64,000 nucleotides of DNA from Clostridia bacterium. GTDB lineage: Bacteria > Bacillota > Clostridia > UMGS1883. The stretch is from the NCBI GenBank assembly GCA_045656645.1, contig JAZORN010000080.1, positions 2,845-66,844 of the forward strand, in the 5' to 3' direction. Of this stretch, positions 47,270 through 56,951 are shown in pieces; positions within the stretch are counted from its first letter, which is position 1; each line of letters opens with the position of its first letter. The position numbers and the translations under genes were made by a program. The notes below the pieces were generated by a model. That model was not told the DNA's origin, made no database searches, and saw only the letters and a list, made by a program, of their open reading frames with translations.

Positions 47270-48574
47270 TTACAGAATGTCTATGTGCTCGCCGTTTAAT
47301 GCCTTGTTCATACTTCTGACTGCACAGAATTTTCCGCACATAGAACAGCTTTCATCAATTTCAGGTTTTCTGTCATTGCGGATTTTCTCTGCTGTTTTGG
47401 GATCGAGCGAGCATTCCCACTGCATATCCCAATCAAATTTTCTTCGTGCATCAGCCATTTTATCATCAATATCCCTTGCGTGTGGAATATGCTTTGCAAT
47501 ATCCGCAGCGTGTGCCGCAATTTTTGATGCAATAATACCTTGTTTTACATCTTCGACATTGGGAAGTGCAAGATGCTCTGCAGGTGTCACATAGCAGAGA
47601 AAAGCCGCGCCCGATGCCGCAGCTAAAGCGCCACCAATAGCAGAGGTTATATGGTCATAACCTGGAGCAATGTCAGTTACAATAGGTCCTAACACATAAA
47701 ACGGTGCTCCCATACAGATTGTTTGTTGTAGTTTCATATTTGCCTCAATCTGATCAAGCGGCATATGCCCGGGACCTTCTACCATAACCTGAACATCCTT
47801 TTCCCAAGCTCTTTTTGTGAGTTCTCCGAGACGTACAAGTTCCTCAATCTGACATACATCACTGCTGTCCGCAAGACATCCGGGACGGCAAGCATCCCCA
47901 AGCGAGATTGTGACGTCATATTCACGGCATATATCAAGTATTTCATCATAATACTCATAAAACGGGTTTTCATTTCCTGTCATACTCATCCACGCAAATA
48001 CAAGAGAGCCGCCACGAGAGACAATATTCATTTTTCTTTTATGGTTTTTAATCTGCTCAATAGTCTTTCTTGTAATTCCGCAATGCAGCGTAACAAAGTC
48101 CACACCGTCTTCAGCGTGAAGTCTTATAACATCAATAAAATCTTTCGCAGTAAGCGTATCTAAATCTCTTTGGTAATGAATAACACTGTCATATACAGGA
48201 ACAGTGCCAATCATAGCTGGACATTCTTTGATAAGCTTTTGTCTGAACGGTTGAGTGTTTCCGTGAGAAGATAAATCCATAATTGCTTCAGCACCCATAT
48301 TCACTGCTGCCATTACTTTTTCCATCTCAATATCGTAATCCTTGCAATCTCTTGACACGCCGAGATTAACATTGATTTTCGTTCGGAGCATTGAGCCTAT
48401 TCCATTTGGTTCAAGACAAGTATGCAGTTTGTTCTTGCAGATTACAACCTGACCTTTTGCTACGAGGTCTCTTATTTCTTCCTCACTTCTGTATTCCTTT
48501 TTTGCCACAGATTTCATTTCAGGTGTTATAATACCTCTTTTTGCGGCATCCATCTGTGTAGTATAATTTCTCAT
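47270..48574 (-). CDS. thiC: phosphomethylpyrimidine synthase
   Basis: 434 aa. ThiC pattern with the C-terminal Fe-S motif CSMCGKFCA. Confidence 0.95.
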   Translation of the reverse strand: MRNYTTQMDAAKRGIITPEMKSVAKKEYRSEEEIRDLVAKGQVVICKNKLHTCLEPNGIGSMLRTKINVNLGVSRDCKDYDIEMEKVMAAVNMGAEAIMDLSSHGNTQPFRQKLIKECPAMIGTVPVYDSVIHYQRDLDTLTAKDFIDVIRLHAEDGVDFVTLHCGITRKTIEQIKNHKRKMNIVSRGGSLVFAWMSMTGNENPFYEYYDEILDICREYDVTISLGDACRPGCLADSSDVCQIEELVRLGELTKRAWEKDVQVMVEGPGHMPLDQIEANMKLQQTICMGAPFYVLGPIVTDIAPGYDHITSAIGGALAAASGAAFLCYVTPAEHLALPNVEDVKQGIIASKIAAHAADIAKHIPHARDIDDKMADARRKFDWDMQWECSLDPKTAEKIRNDRKPEIDESCSMCGKFCAVRSMNKALNGEHIDIL

Positions 48575-48587
48575 TTTACTCGTCCTT

Positions 48588-49403
48588 TCAAACTATGTAT
48601 TTTGGCTTTAAATCAAAGTTATGCATAAGCGGTCCTGAGCCATTTCCCAAATCAAGCCCTGCCATAAGAGCCTTAGAAATATATTCTTTTGCTTTTTCTA
48701 CTGATTTCGTAAGACTTAACCCTTTCGCAAGATTTGATGCAATGGCAGAAGAAAGTGTGCATCCCGTTCCGTGCGTGTTTGGATTATCTATTCTCTTACC
48801 GTCAAACCATATAATCCTGCCGTTTTCGCATAAAAGGTCGTTTGCATCCTTTATACTGTGACCGCCTTTTAAGAGGACACTGCACCCATAGCTTTTTTCG
48901 ATAAACTCTGCCGCCTTAATCATATCTTCCTTGCCCGCAATTTTCATATCTGACAAAATTTCTGCCTCGGGGATATTGGGCGTTACAAGAGTTGCAAGGG
49001 GCAGAAGTTTTGAAACCAATGTTTTTATTGCATCTGTTTTTATAAGAACAGAGCCGCTTGTTGAAACCATTACGGGGTCTACAACAATGTTATTTGCGTT
49101 ATAATATTTAAGTCTGTCTGCAATTACATCAATAAGCTCCTTTGATGACACCATCCCGATTTTTACGCTATCGGGAAATATATCCTCAAATACTGCATCT
49201 ATCTGTTCTTTCAGAAATTCAGGCGTAACCTCTGAAATTGCCCTTACCCCAAGTGTGTTTTGTGCAGTAAGTGCCGTAATCGCACTCATTGCATAAACAC
49301 CGTTCATTGTCATAGCTTTAATATCTGCCTGAATACCTGCACCGCCACTTGAATCACTGCCTGCAATAGAAAGTACTGCTTCCATTTTTTTCTCTTTTAC
49401 CAT
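48588..49403 (-). CDS. thiD: hydroxymethylpyrimidine/phosphomethylpyrimidine kinase
   Basis: N-terminus [19 protein letters not shown] and the ribokinase-fold motif [11 protein letters not shown]. Confidence 0.92.
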   Translation of the reverse strand: MVKEKKMEAVLSIAGSDSSGGAGIQADIKAMTMNGVYAMSAITALTAQNTLGVRAISEVTPEFLKEQIDAVFEDIFPDSVKIGMVSSKELIDVIADRLKYYNANNIVVDPVMVSTSGSVLIKTDAIKTLVSKLLPLATLVTPNIPEAEILSDMKIAGKEDMIKAAEFIEKSYGCSVLLKGGHSIKDANDLLCENGRIIWFDGKRIDNPNTHGTGCTLSSAIASNLAKGLSLTKSVEKAKEYISKALMAGLDLGNGSGPLMHNFDLKPKYIV

Positions 49404-50032
49404 AGCTTTATCTCCTTTGCTTTTTCAATAAGTTCAATTGCAGCCTTTTTAGGATTTTCTGCTTTCATAATTGCAGATACCACGCAAATTCCACCGATAG
49501 GTATTCCTTTAAGAATATCAATATTATCCTTGTTAAGTCCGCCGATAGCATTAGCAGGTACAGGAACGCTATTGCAAATATCTTTTAATGTGTAGGTAGA
49601 TGTCAAAACCGTCTTTACCTTTGTTGTTGTAGGGTAAATGGCACCAACACCGAGATAGTCCGCTCCTTGTGTGTAGGCTTCCTTTGCTTGCGAAACTGTC
49701 TTTGCAGTCGCACCTACAATTTTATCTTCGCCCATAAGTTTTCTTGCAATAAAAACGGGCATATCGCTCTGTCCTAAATGAACACCCTCGGCATTGATTG
49801 CTAATGCTACATCAACTCTGTCGTCAATAATAAGCGGAACATTATATTTTTTTGTAATACTGTGGACTTTTCGGGCAAGCTCTATATATTCTCTTGTGGT
49901 CTTTTCTTTTTCACGAAGCTGTAATAATGTAGCGCCGCCTTTTAATGCTTCTTCTGTGCGGAAAAGAAATTCTTCCTCAGAGAAATTTGTACTGTCAGTT
50001 ATAAAGTATAATTTTGTATTTAATGATTTCAT
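49397..50032 (-). CDS. thiE: thiamine-phosphate synthase
   Basis: TMP-TENI pattern (LYFITD..., LLQLREK, GADYLGVGAIYPT). Confidence 0.9.
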   Translation of the reverse strand: MKSLNTKLYFITDSTNFSEEEFLFRTEEALKGGATLLQLREKEKTTREYIELARKVHSITKKYNVPLIIDDRVDVALAINAEGVHLGQSDMPVFIARKLMGEDKIVGATAKTVSQAKEAYTQGADYLGVGAIYPTTTKVKTVLTSTYTLKDICNSVPVPANAIGGLNKDNIDILKGIPIGGICVVSAIMKAENPKKAAIELIEKAKEIKLW

Positions 50033-50042
50033 TTGCTACACC

Positions 50043-51296
50043 TCACACATACAGATAATCGTTAAGCACGGGTTGTAACCCTTCATCTGCAATATCTTTA
50101 TACATCGCATCAAGGCTACGGTTATCATCAATTTCAAATTGTTCATCTCCCTGAGCACCGTCAGCTTCTTTTTTTGTATATTTGCTTTCGTGGTCACCTA
50201 TGCCCGTTGAAACACCTGCTGAAACTTTTGTTGCAGCTATTTTGACAATGCCGTTTCTGAAAGATGCGCTTTCACGGGAAGATACGGTGATACCCACAAA
50301 CGGGAGAAAAATTCTGTAAGCACATATAATCTGACAAAGCTGTTTTTCGTGAACATCAAGGGGATTTATTTTTTCGTTATTTACAATAGGCCTTAGTCTT
50401 GGGCAAGAGAGCGACATTTCTGCGTGAGGATATTTCTTTTGCAAGAAATAAACATGAAGTGCACTTGCCAAAGCATCCTTTCTGAAATCTGAAAGTCCTA
50501 AAAGCGCTGAAAATGCCACACCCCGCATGCCCGCCCTGAGTGCCCGCTCCTGGGCGTCAAAGCGGTAAGGCCATACACGTTTAGCCCCCAGCAGATGGAG
50601 CTTTTCATATTTTTCGGTATCGTATGTTTCCTGAAAAACGGTTACATAGTCAGCTCCGCACTCATGAAGATATTTATATTCATCAGTATTTACGGGATAA
50701 ATTTCAAGTCCAACCATTCTGAAATACTTTCTTGCGAGCTTGCACGCCTCGCCGATATAGTCTATATTGCTATGAGCACGACTTTCGCCCGTAAGTATTA
50801 AAATTTCCTCCATACCACTATCTGCTATAACTTTCATTTCTTTTTCAATCTGCTCTGTAGAAAGCTTCATTCGCTTGATATGGTTATAACAGTTAAAACC
50901 GCAATAAACGCAGTAGTTTTCACAATAATTTGCTATGTAAAGCGGTGTGAACAGATAAACAGTATTCCCAAAATGTTTACTTGTTTCAAGTCTTGCTTTT
51001 TCTGCCATTTGTTCTAAATAGGCTTCAGCCGCAGGAGAGAGAAGTGCCTTAAAATCTTCAATAGTACATTTATCGTGCTGAAGAGCCGTTTTTACATCTT
51101 CCTCCGTATATTTTGAATAGTCAAAGGAATTCATTTGCTCCATTACATTTTTGCACACATCAGACTCGATTATCTCCATCCCCGGAAGATATTCCATATG
51201 ATTTGTACGGGAGGACGGCTTTGTTTCTATGCGGTGCTTTTTTTCGAGTGCTTCTTTTGATAAAAATTCCGAGTCAACAAAAAATTGATTTTCCAT
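50043..51296 (-). CDS. thiH: 2-iminoacetate synthase (tyrosine lyase)
   Basis: Radical SAM cluster CENYCVYCGF. ATG at 51296 with an aggagg RBS. The longer ORF (to 51593) overlaps thiG and is rejected. Confidence 0.9.
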   Translation of the reverse strand: MENQFFVDSEFLSKEALEKKHRIETKPSSRTNHMEYLPGMEIIESDVCKNVMEQMNSFDYSKYTEEDVKTALQHDKCTIEDFKALLSPAAEAYLEQMAEKARLETSKHFGNTVYLFTPLYIANYCENYCVYCGFNCYNHIKRMKLSTEQIEKEMKVIADSGMEEILILTGESRAHSNIDYIGEACKLARKYFRMVGLEIYPVNTDEYKYLHECGADYVTVFQETYDTEKYEKLHLLGAKRVWPYRFDAQERALRAGMRGVAFSALLGLSDFRKDALASALHVYFLQKKYPHAEMSLSCPRLRPIVNNEKINPLDVHEKQLCQIICAYRIFLPFVGITVSSRESASFRNGIVKIAATKVSAGVSTGIGDHESKYTKKEADGAQGDEQFEIDDNRSLDAMYKDIADEGLQPVLNDYLYV

Positions 51297-51306
51297 AGTT
51301 TGCCTC

Positions 51307-52077
51307 CTAATCACGCAAAAATCCCGTAAGAGGGTCTGAAGCTGATGCACCACGGGTAAGAACTCTGCCAAGACCTGACAAATATGCCTTTCTGCCTGCT
51401 TCAATAGCATTTTTGAAAGCAGATGCCATAAGTGGCAGATTTCCGCTTGTTGCGAGTGCCGTATTTGCCATAATAGCGGCAGCCCCCATTTCCATAGCTT
51501 CGCAGGCCTGTGATGGCTTACCAATACCTGCATCAACAATAACCGGCAAATCAATTTCATCAATGAGTATCTGAATAAAATCCTTTGTCGCAAGACCTTT
51601 ATTTGAACCTATCGGAGAAGCAAGGGGCATTACAGCCCCTGCCCCTGCATTAACAAGGTCACGGGCAACATTCAGGTCGGGGTACATATACGGCATTACA
51701 ACGAAACCGTCATTTGCTAAAATTTCTGTTGCCTTTATAGTTTCCTGATTGTCAGGCAGTAAATATTTTGAGTCACGCATAATTTCAATCTTAACAAAAT
51801 TACCGCAACCAAGTTCACGGGCAAGCCTTGCAATTCTTACTGCTTCCTGGGCAGTTCTTGCTCCGCTTGTGTTAGGTAAAAGAGTAATTCCATCAGGAAT
51901 ATAGTCAAGTATGTTTTCTTGCTCCTTTGTATTGGCTCTGCGGACTGCGAGTGTAATAATCTCAGCTCCGGCATCTTTTACCGCTGCTTCAATAAGATTT
52001 AATGAGTATTTACCTGAACCTAATATAAAGCGGGAATTAAATTCGTGTCCGCCAATTACAAGCTTATCATTATTCAT
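51307..52077 (-). CDS. thiG: thiazole synthase
   Basis: ThiG pattern including FVKIEIMRD (Schiff-base Lys region). ATG at 52077 with an aaggaagg RBS. Confidence 0.92.
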   Translation of the reverse strand: MNNDKLVIGGHEFNSRFILGSGKYSLNLIEAAVKDAGAEIITLAVRRANTKEQENILDYIPDGITLLPNTSGARTAQEAVRIARLARELGCGNFVKIEIMRDSKYLLPDNQETIKATEILANDGFVVMPYMYPDLNVARDLVNAGAGAVMPLASPIGSNKGLATKDFIQILIDEIDLPVIVDAGIGKPSQACEAMEMGAAAIMANTALATSGNLPLMASAFKNAIEAGRKAYLSGLGRVLTRGASASDPLTGFLRD

Positions 52078-52090
52078 AATAAAACCTTCC

Positions 52091-52726
52091 TTATTCTTCA
52101 AAATTTTCTGATATAATTCTGAGCACCATATGTGCCTGATGAGAAGCACATACACAAACTCTTGATGCCACAAGACCAATTGTGTCTTTGACATCACTTT
52201 TCTCATCACCGCAAAGATAAAAACGGTTTGAAACTTTTCTCGTTTTAATTAAATTGGCACTATGAAGTCCTGCCATTCCTGATGCGGCAACGATATATTT
52301 TTCTGGCATTTTTGTTAAAACAAAGTTAACAATATCTGCTTTTGCTTCTGCATTATCAAATGCTTCGCAGATTATATCGGCACTTTTTAAAAGCTTATAA
52401 TAATTGTTTTCATCCAAATAAGCAGTATGTATTTCTGTTTCAAGATATGGTGCAACTTCCTTGAGATTGCAAATCAGAGCTTCGGTCTTATACATACCAA
52501 TCTGTGAGGCTTTATATTGCTGCCTGTGTAAATTTGTAATATCAACCTTATCAAAATCAATCAGTATTAGTTTTCCAACACCTGCTCTTGCAAGTAATAT
52601 TGCAATGTTTGAGCCAAGACCTCCAAGACCGCAAATTGCAACTGTTGACGATGAAATTTTACTGTGCAACTCTTTACCGTGCCTTTCCTCAAGTGCCTTT
52701 ATCCATTCATTTTTATCAGGTATCAT
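52091..52726 (-). CDS. thiF: ThiS adenylyltransferase (E1-like)
   Basis: Nucleotide-binding loop [10 protein letters not shown]. 211 aa. Located between thiS and thiG. Confidence 0.85.
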   Translation of the reverse strand: MIPDKNEWIKALEERHGKELHSKISSSTVAICGLGGLGSNIAILLARAGVGKLILIDFDKVDITNLHRQQYKASQIGMYKTEALICNLKEVAPYLETEIHTAYLDENNYYKLLKSADIICEAFDNAEAKADIVNFVLTKMPEKYIVAASGMAGLHSANLIKTRKVSNRFYLCGDEKSDVKDTIGLVASRVCVCASHQAHMVLRIISENFEE

Positions 52727-52727
52727 A

Positions 52728-52922
52728 TTAACCTCCTCCTACGAAACTTACAACCTCAACGCTATCGCCGTCACAAAAGTTTGTATTTTCGTATTGTGAT
52801 TTTGCGAGAATTTCTCCGTTCAATTCTACTGCAACACGATTTATATCGTATCCTGCATCCGATAGATACTTTGCTATGCTTATGCCGATGGCATCAAAGC
52901 TTTCTCCGTTAATCTTTACCAT
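52728..52922 (-). CDS. thiS: sulfur carrier protein ThiS
   Basis: 64 aa ending in GG. ATG at 52922 with a ggaggtg RBS. Confidence 0.85.
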   Translation of the reverse strand: MVKINGESFDAIGISIAKYLSDAGYDINRVAVELNGEILAKSQYENTNFCDGDSVEVVSFVGGG

Positions 52923-52943
52923 CCTATTCACCTCCATTGCAAT

Positions 52944-53092
52944 AAAAAAAGGAAGCTACCGATTTGGTAACTTCCAATTATACATCGTTATTCCTTAGCT
53001 GTTGCTCAGGCATCCCTACGTTGGCATTATCCAAATCAGGTTCTCGGTCGAAGGTCATACCTTCCTCTCAGCCTGTAATACAAGCTCCCGTT
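52944..53092 (-). promoter_or_regulatory. TPP (THI-box) riboswitch with terminator expression platform
   Basis: Minus strand reads ...ggctgagag...gaacctgatttggataatgccaacgtagggatg..., which is the THI-box core. It is followed by hairpin ggaagttacc/ggtagcttcc plus ttttttt (52944-52975), directly upstream of thiS. Confidence 0.9.
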
Positions 53093-53262
53093 TTTTTATT
53101 TATTTTTGTATATTAAATTAAATTATTCCCACTCGCTCATGGTTTTGTAACCTCAACTGAATAAGCTAATAAATCGTGTTTCGCAGTGGTCATATTCTAT
53201 ATATTACCATAATTCTTTTGACTTTTCAATATTTTGTTGCCAAAATGTTGCCACAGCTTTTG

Positions 53263-55146
53263 CTATTTATGTTTTCGTATATATTGAAATATCAATTTTG
53301 ATAAATCTTTTATACTATCATCTAGTTCCTTAGCGGTGTTTTTATGGTCAATCAATCCGGAAGAGGAATGTGATATCGGATTAGAATTCCGCAGGTTATG
53401 TGCAGTTGATATTATAGTTTCGCTATCTTCTATTTCTGCATAAAACCCAAGAAAAGCCTTTTCTTTATAAAATCCTTTATAATTGGGCTTTTTTCCCTCA
53501 TGGTTTTCATTAAATACAAAATCCAAGTCGGCAGTTACTCTGTCAAAAAAGTTTTTATAATATGCAAATGCAGCCATGTTGTTTTTTCTCTTTGTTTCAC
53601 ACAAGTACATAAAATATAAGTATGCCGCCTTGTTATCTTTCTTAATAATATCACAAAGCCGATTGATACGATGCGGTTTTATCGAAATGACAAAACTTTC
53701 TTTGCACCCATCTGTGTAATATCTGAATAAATTTGGATGGTATTCCTTTATTATATTCAATAAATCCCAATGCTGAAATTTACTTTGTATTAAATATGAG
53801 ATAGCAATTGTTGTATCATAAGAATTCCACTTACCACTTCGATAACGAGTAAACAATTGATTCAGAAACGCTCTTATTGCTTTACCGCATTGCGTTTTCA
53901 TAATCATTACTGTTAATCTTTTTGGATCTAAATTTATGAAAGCTATACTTTGTTTGATTAACTCAAGAATTTGATTGGCTACTTCTTGTGTATGTAGCTC
54001 TTCTTCATTTTCATACACAAAATAATTAAAAACTTCATTTGGAGTAAATTCGATATCTTTTGAAGTAAAGTGTTTATCTATAAGCTCATTATACCTCTCT
54101 ACATCAACACTATCAAAAATAAGTTCATCTGATAAGTCCTGTAAAAATCTCAACAAAGCACCTTTAAACAAGTCTTCTATGTTGTGTTTCTGTCCATTAT
54201 AGTATTCGTCATACAATGATTTTTTTAGTTCCTCATTTATTTCTGATGCCTTTCTGATACAACACTTCTTCGTATTCAAGGATAAACCATATTCTTTTAA
54301 TATAGAGGAATATTCATTCCTTATTTCATTATAAGTATCTCCTAAATACATCAAAGATTTATCAGAAGCTATTAAAATATACAAATCATCCACATATCTA
54401 ACCATACGAAAAGATGTAATATCAGGAACCTTTGCATCTAAAAATTCATGTAGTTTTAAATCAACATTGTCTAAATAAACGACAGTTGACAGATACGATG
54501 AAGCAACACTATTTTCTATCAGTGGAAATCTCCCATCACCACAATATGTAAGTAACTCCTTATAAATTTGCAATTGTGTTTGCGAAAATTTAACATCAGC
54601 AGCATTACATACAGCATCAATTTGAGATATAAGTTTATCTACATTAATATTTGAGAAAAAGTTAGTAATGTCCGTTTTTATAAAATACTGATATCCGTCA
54701 ATACAAGCATTTAATTCTTTAAAGAAATTATCATAATCTTGCTTATACTTAGGGCGCATAAATTCATAATTTCCCGCATAATAAACCGAAACATTTTGTG
54801 GTCTTATGGGATTATACTCATTAAATATTTCTTTTCCAACTGACTGTAGCACTAAATATAAAATTGGTGAAATAAGCGATGAATTTCTAAAACTTCCATC
54901 GCTTTTTTGCAAATAATTTTCAGACTGTTGCATAGCATCAGGAAAAAATACTATTGACGATGTTTTTATATATCGCTCATAAAAATCTTCACTTGATATG
55001 TACCCTTTGTCTTCTCTAGAAATTTTAGTGAAGGGAAACCATTGTAAGTATGCTTTTGCAGAAAGAGTGTTTAATGAAAAATACATTTCACAAATACTTT
55101 TCCATGTATCATAACTTATACCTAACAATAGAACACCTCCACCCAC
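53263..55146 (-). CDS. AbiA-like reverse transcriptase with C-terminal HEPN-like domain
   Basis: RT motifs: SLISPILYLV (1/2), IKTDITNFFSNI (A), PLIENSVASSYLSTVVYL (B'), RYVDDLYILI (C; YVDD at 54385-54396), YGLSLNTKKC (D). The ~330-aa helical C-terminal region has LRNSNPISH (Rx6H, 53368-53391). The start could instead be the TTG at 55128, after ggaggtg. Confidence 0.8.
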   Translation of the reverse strand: MGGGVLLLGISYDTWKSICEMYFSLNTLSAKAYLQWFPFTKISREDKGYISSEDFYERYIKTSSIVFFPDAMQQSENYLQKSDGSFRNSSLISPILYLVLQSVGKEIFNEYNPIRPQNVSVYYAGNYEFMRPKYKQDYDNFFKELNACIDGYQYFIKTDITNFFSNINVDKLISQIDAVCNAADVKFSQTQLQIYKELLTYCGDGRFPLIENSVASSYLSTVVYLDNVDLKLHEFLDAKVPDITSFRMVRYVDDLYILIASDKSLMYLGDTYNEIRNEYSSILKEYGLSLNTKKCCIRKASEINEELKKSLYDEYYNGQKHNIEDLFKGALLRFLQDLSDELIFDSVDVERYNELIDKHFTSKDIEFTPNEVFNYFVYENEEELHTQEVANQILELIKQSIAFINLDPKRLTVMIMKTQCGKAIRAFLNQLFTRYRSGKWNSYDTTIAISYLIQSKFQHWDLLNIIKEYHPNLFRYYTDGCKESFVISIKPHRINRLCDIIKKDNKAAYLYFMYLCETKRKNNMAAFAYYKNFFDRVTADLDFVFNENHEGKKPNYKGFYKEKAFLGFYAEIEDSETIISTAHNLRNSNPISHSSSGLIDHKNTAKELDDSIKDLSKLIFQYIRKHK

Positions 55147-55183
55147 AATTTGTATTCAAATAATTTTGATATAGTTTTTAATA

Positions 55184-56311
55184 TCACATTTCCTTAATAA
55201 AACCTATATTATATAACTTGTCCACTAGTGCAATTATATTTTCTGTTTGCACATCATCACTATCAAAAACAACAGACGCTACATAATCAGGTTTCTGATT
55301 ACGTTCATGTGCGTTCATATCGAAAATATAAAACTTAAGTCTAAGGTCATCACATACATATCCGCCAATATGTGTTTTGTCTACGTCAAATTCAGAATAA
55401 TGTGAAATAATTGATGAACCATCCTCAGCGGAAATAGTGTAGCTATAGCTATCTTTCAAGTGCAATCTTATATAGCTGGTTTCTTTTTCATCAAATAACC
55501 GGAATAAATTTTTAAGCAGCGTAAATGCTTTAAGGAAATTATATGGTGACACAAAGAAACTAATTCTTGCACAATTGTCATGTGCAGTATGATTTGTTCC
55601 AATCGTTTTATTCTCCTTGCGGTAAATTATTTTAACACCATTAGCAACTATACAAGCGGTTCTTTCACTGTGGTATTTATCATTTCTTGAAAAAGAAATA
55701 TGATTATCTTCTAAATAACCAACAATGCTATTAAAAAATTTTTCAATATCGTATTTGATGCTTTTTCCATCTACTGTTTGTTCTCCGTATATTATGCACT
55801 CAGCTTTTTCGATTACATTTTCAAAATTAACTGTATTAAATGATTCCGCAGAAAGATTCTTAATAACTTCTAAGTAATCGTTATGTTCAAAAGCATTTGA
55901 AAAATGGTATTCAAATGTTCTATTTACAATGGTAATAAAATTATTAAGACTATCTTCTGAAGATATATTGAACCCTTGCAGCAAGTTGAGTGGCGCTTTT
56001 AATGAGCCAATATCCACACCTATTCCTACGGGAATAACTTGAATTCCTTTCGAATAAGCATAACCCGCTTCAAAATATATCCAACCCGAAGAAATAGAGT
56101 TTTCAGTTACAAAAACAAACATAATTTGTGCTGCTTGCAACCCTTCTTCTATTTTATGAATCCAATTAGTACCAAAAGGGATGCTTTGTCCATCACTAGA
56201 CATAAAAATATCCATAACTCCGCCCGTTACCGAGTCCAACTTATTTTTTATTGAAAGAATTATATCCTTATCTTTCGATGAATGACTAAAAAACAATGTG
56301 GGTTTGCCCAT
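55184..56311 (-). CDS. TIR-domain protein with uncharacterised C-terminal domain
   Basis: N-terminal TIR/ThsB-like pattern LFFSHSSKDKD...NWIHKIEEGL...MFVFVTENSISSGWIYFEAGYA, with a candidate catalytic Glu at 56069-56071. About 240 further residues match nothing I recognise. ATG at 56311 (RBS gaggtga). The ORF opens at a GTG at 56332. Confidence 0.7.
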   Translation of the reverse strand: MGKPTLFFSHSSKDKDIILSIKNKLDSVTGGVMDIFMSSDGQSIPFGTNWIHKIEEGLQAAQIMFVFVTENSISSGWIYFEAGYAYSKGIQVIPVGIGVDIGSLKAPLNLLQGFNISSEDSLNNFITIVNRTFEYHFSNAFEHNDYLEVIKNLSAESFNTVNFENVIEKAECIIYGEQTVDGKSIKYDIEKFFNSIVGYLEDNHISFSRNDKYHSERTACIVANGVKIIYRKENKTIGTNHTAHDNCARISFFVSPYNFLKAFTLLKNLFRLFDEKETSYIRLHLKDSYSYTISAEDGSSIISHYSEFDVDKTHIGGYVCDDLRLKFYIFDMNAHERNQKPDYVASVVFDSDDVQTENIIALVDKLYNIGFIKEM

Positions 56312-56352
56312 ATTTATTTGTTCACCTCTCACTTTCTAAACACGAATAAATA

Positions 56353-56949
56353 CTAACACACACAAGCCTCAAGTACTCTTATCAGCACCCTATAGTTGTC
56401 AACAGACAATATTGATGCTTCTAAGAGTTCTTCTTTATCTACATTTCCCCAATTAAGGTCATATCCCATACGCTTTGCCATAAGGCGGATAAATTCACGG
56501 ATAGAACGACCATTGCCCTCTCTGAAAGGATGTATAATGTTGAGTTCTGCCATAACATATGCCAAATTATCAAAAAACTTTTCTTCGTCGGTTTCCTTGA
56601 GCATATTTTTCTCTTTTATTTTTGCAAATACTTTATCAAGCTCTCTATCAATCAAGTTCGGCGGATAAAACATTGTATCCGCTTTACTAATTTGCTCTCG
56701 TCTGATTTTACCGGCAAACGAATAAATATCTTCAAAAATAAACTTGTGTATATTCATAAGATGCGCTTTTGAAAAGTTACCCTTTATCGGATTCTTCAAA
56801 AGTTCCATTTGCTTAATAAGTGTAATTTCTTCTTCAGCGGTTTTGAGAAGTTTATTATCTCTTATATTCAATTTATTTTTCAATATATTACTATCGGGAT
56901 AGCAATAAATTGATTGGGTAGTTGTATAAACATCGTATTTCGAAAACAT
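56353..56949 (-). CDS. Fic-family AMPylating toxin (class I type)
   Basis: Canonical Fic motif HPFREGNGRSIR (56497-56532). 198 aa. It sits directly downstream of a VbhA-like antitoxin gene. Confidence 0.85.
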   Translation of the reverse strand: MFSKYDVYTTTQSIYCYPDSNILKNKLNIRDNKLLKTAEEEITLIKQMELLKNPIKGNFSKAHLMNIHKFIFEDIYSFAGKIRREQISKADTMFYPPNLIDRELDKVFAKIKEKNMLKETDEEKFFDNLAYVMAELNIIHPFREGNGRSIREFIRLMAKRMGYDLNWGNVDKEELLEASILSVDNYRVLIRVLEACVC

Positions 56950-56951
56950 AA

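Noticed and set aside
51297-51593. N-terminal 99-aa extension of the thiH ORF, and likewise 52078-52209 for thiG
   Set aside because: The extensions overlap the preceding thi genes and look non-protein-like. Internal ATGs at 51296 and 52077 have strong RBSs and give canonical ThiH/ThiG N-termini.
53263-55146. Retron or group II intron interpretation of the RT
   Set aside because: The protein is about twice the size of retron RTs. There is no room for msr/msd next to it, no intron domain V/VI-like RNA, and no X/En domains. The length and the C-terminal Rx4-6H motif fit the AbiA class better.
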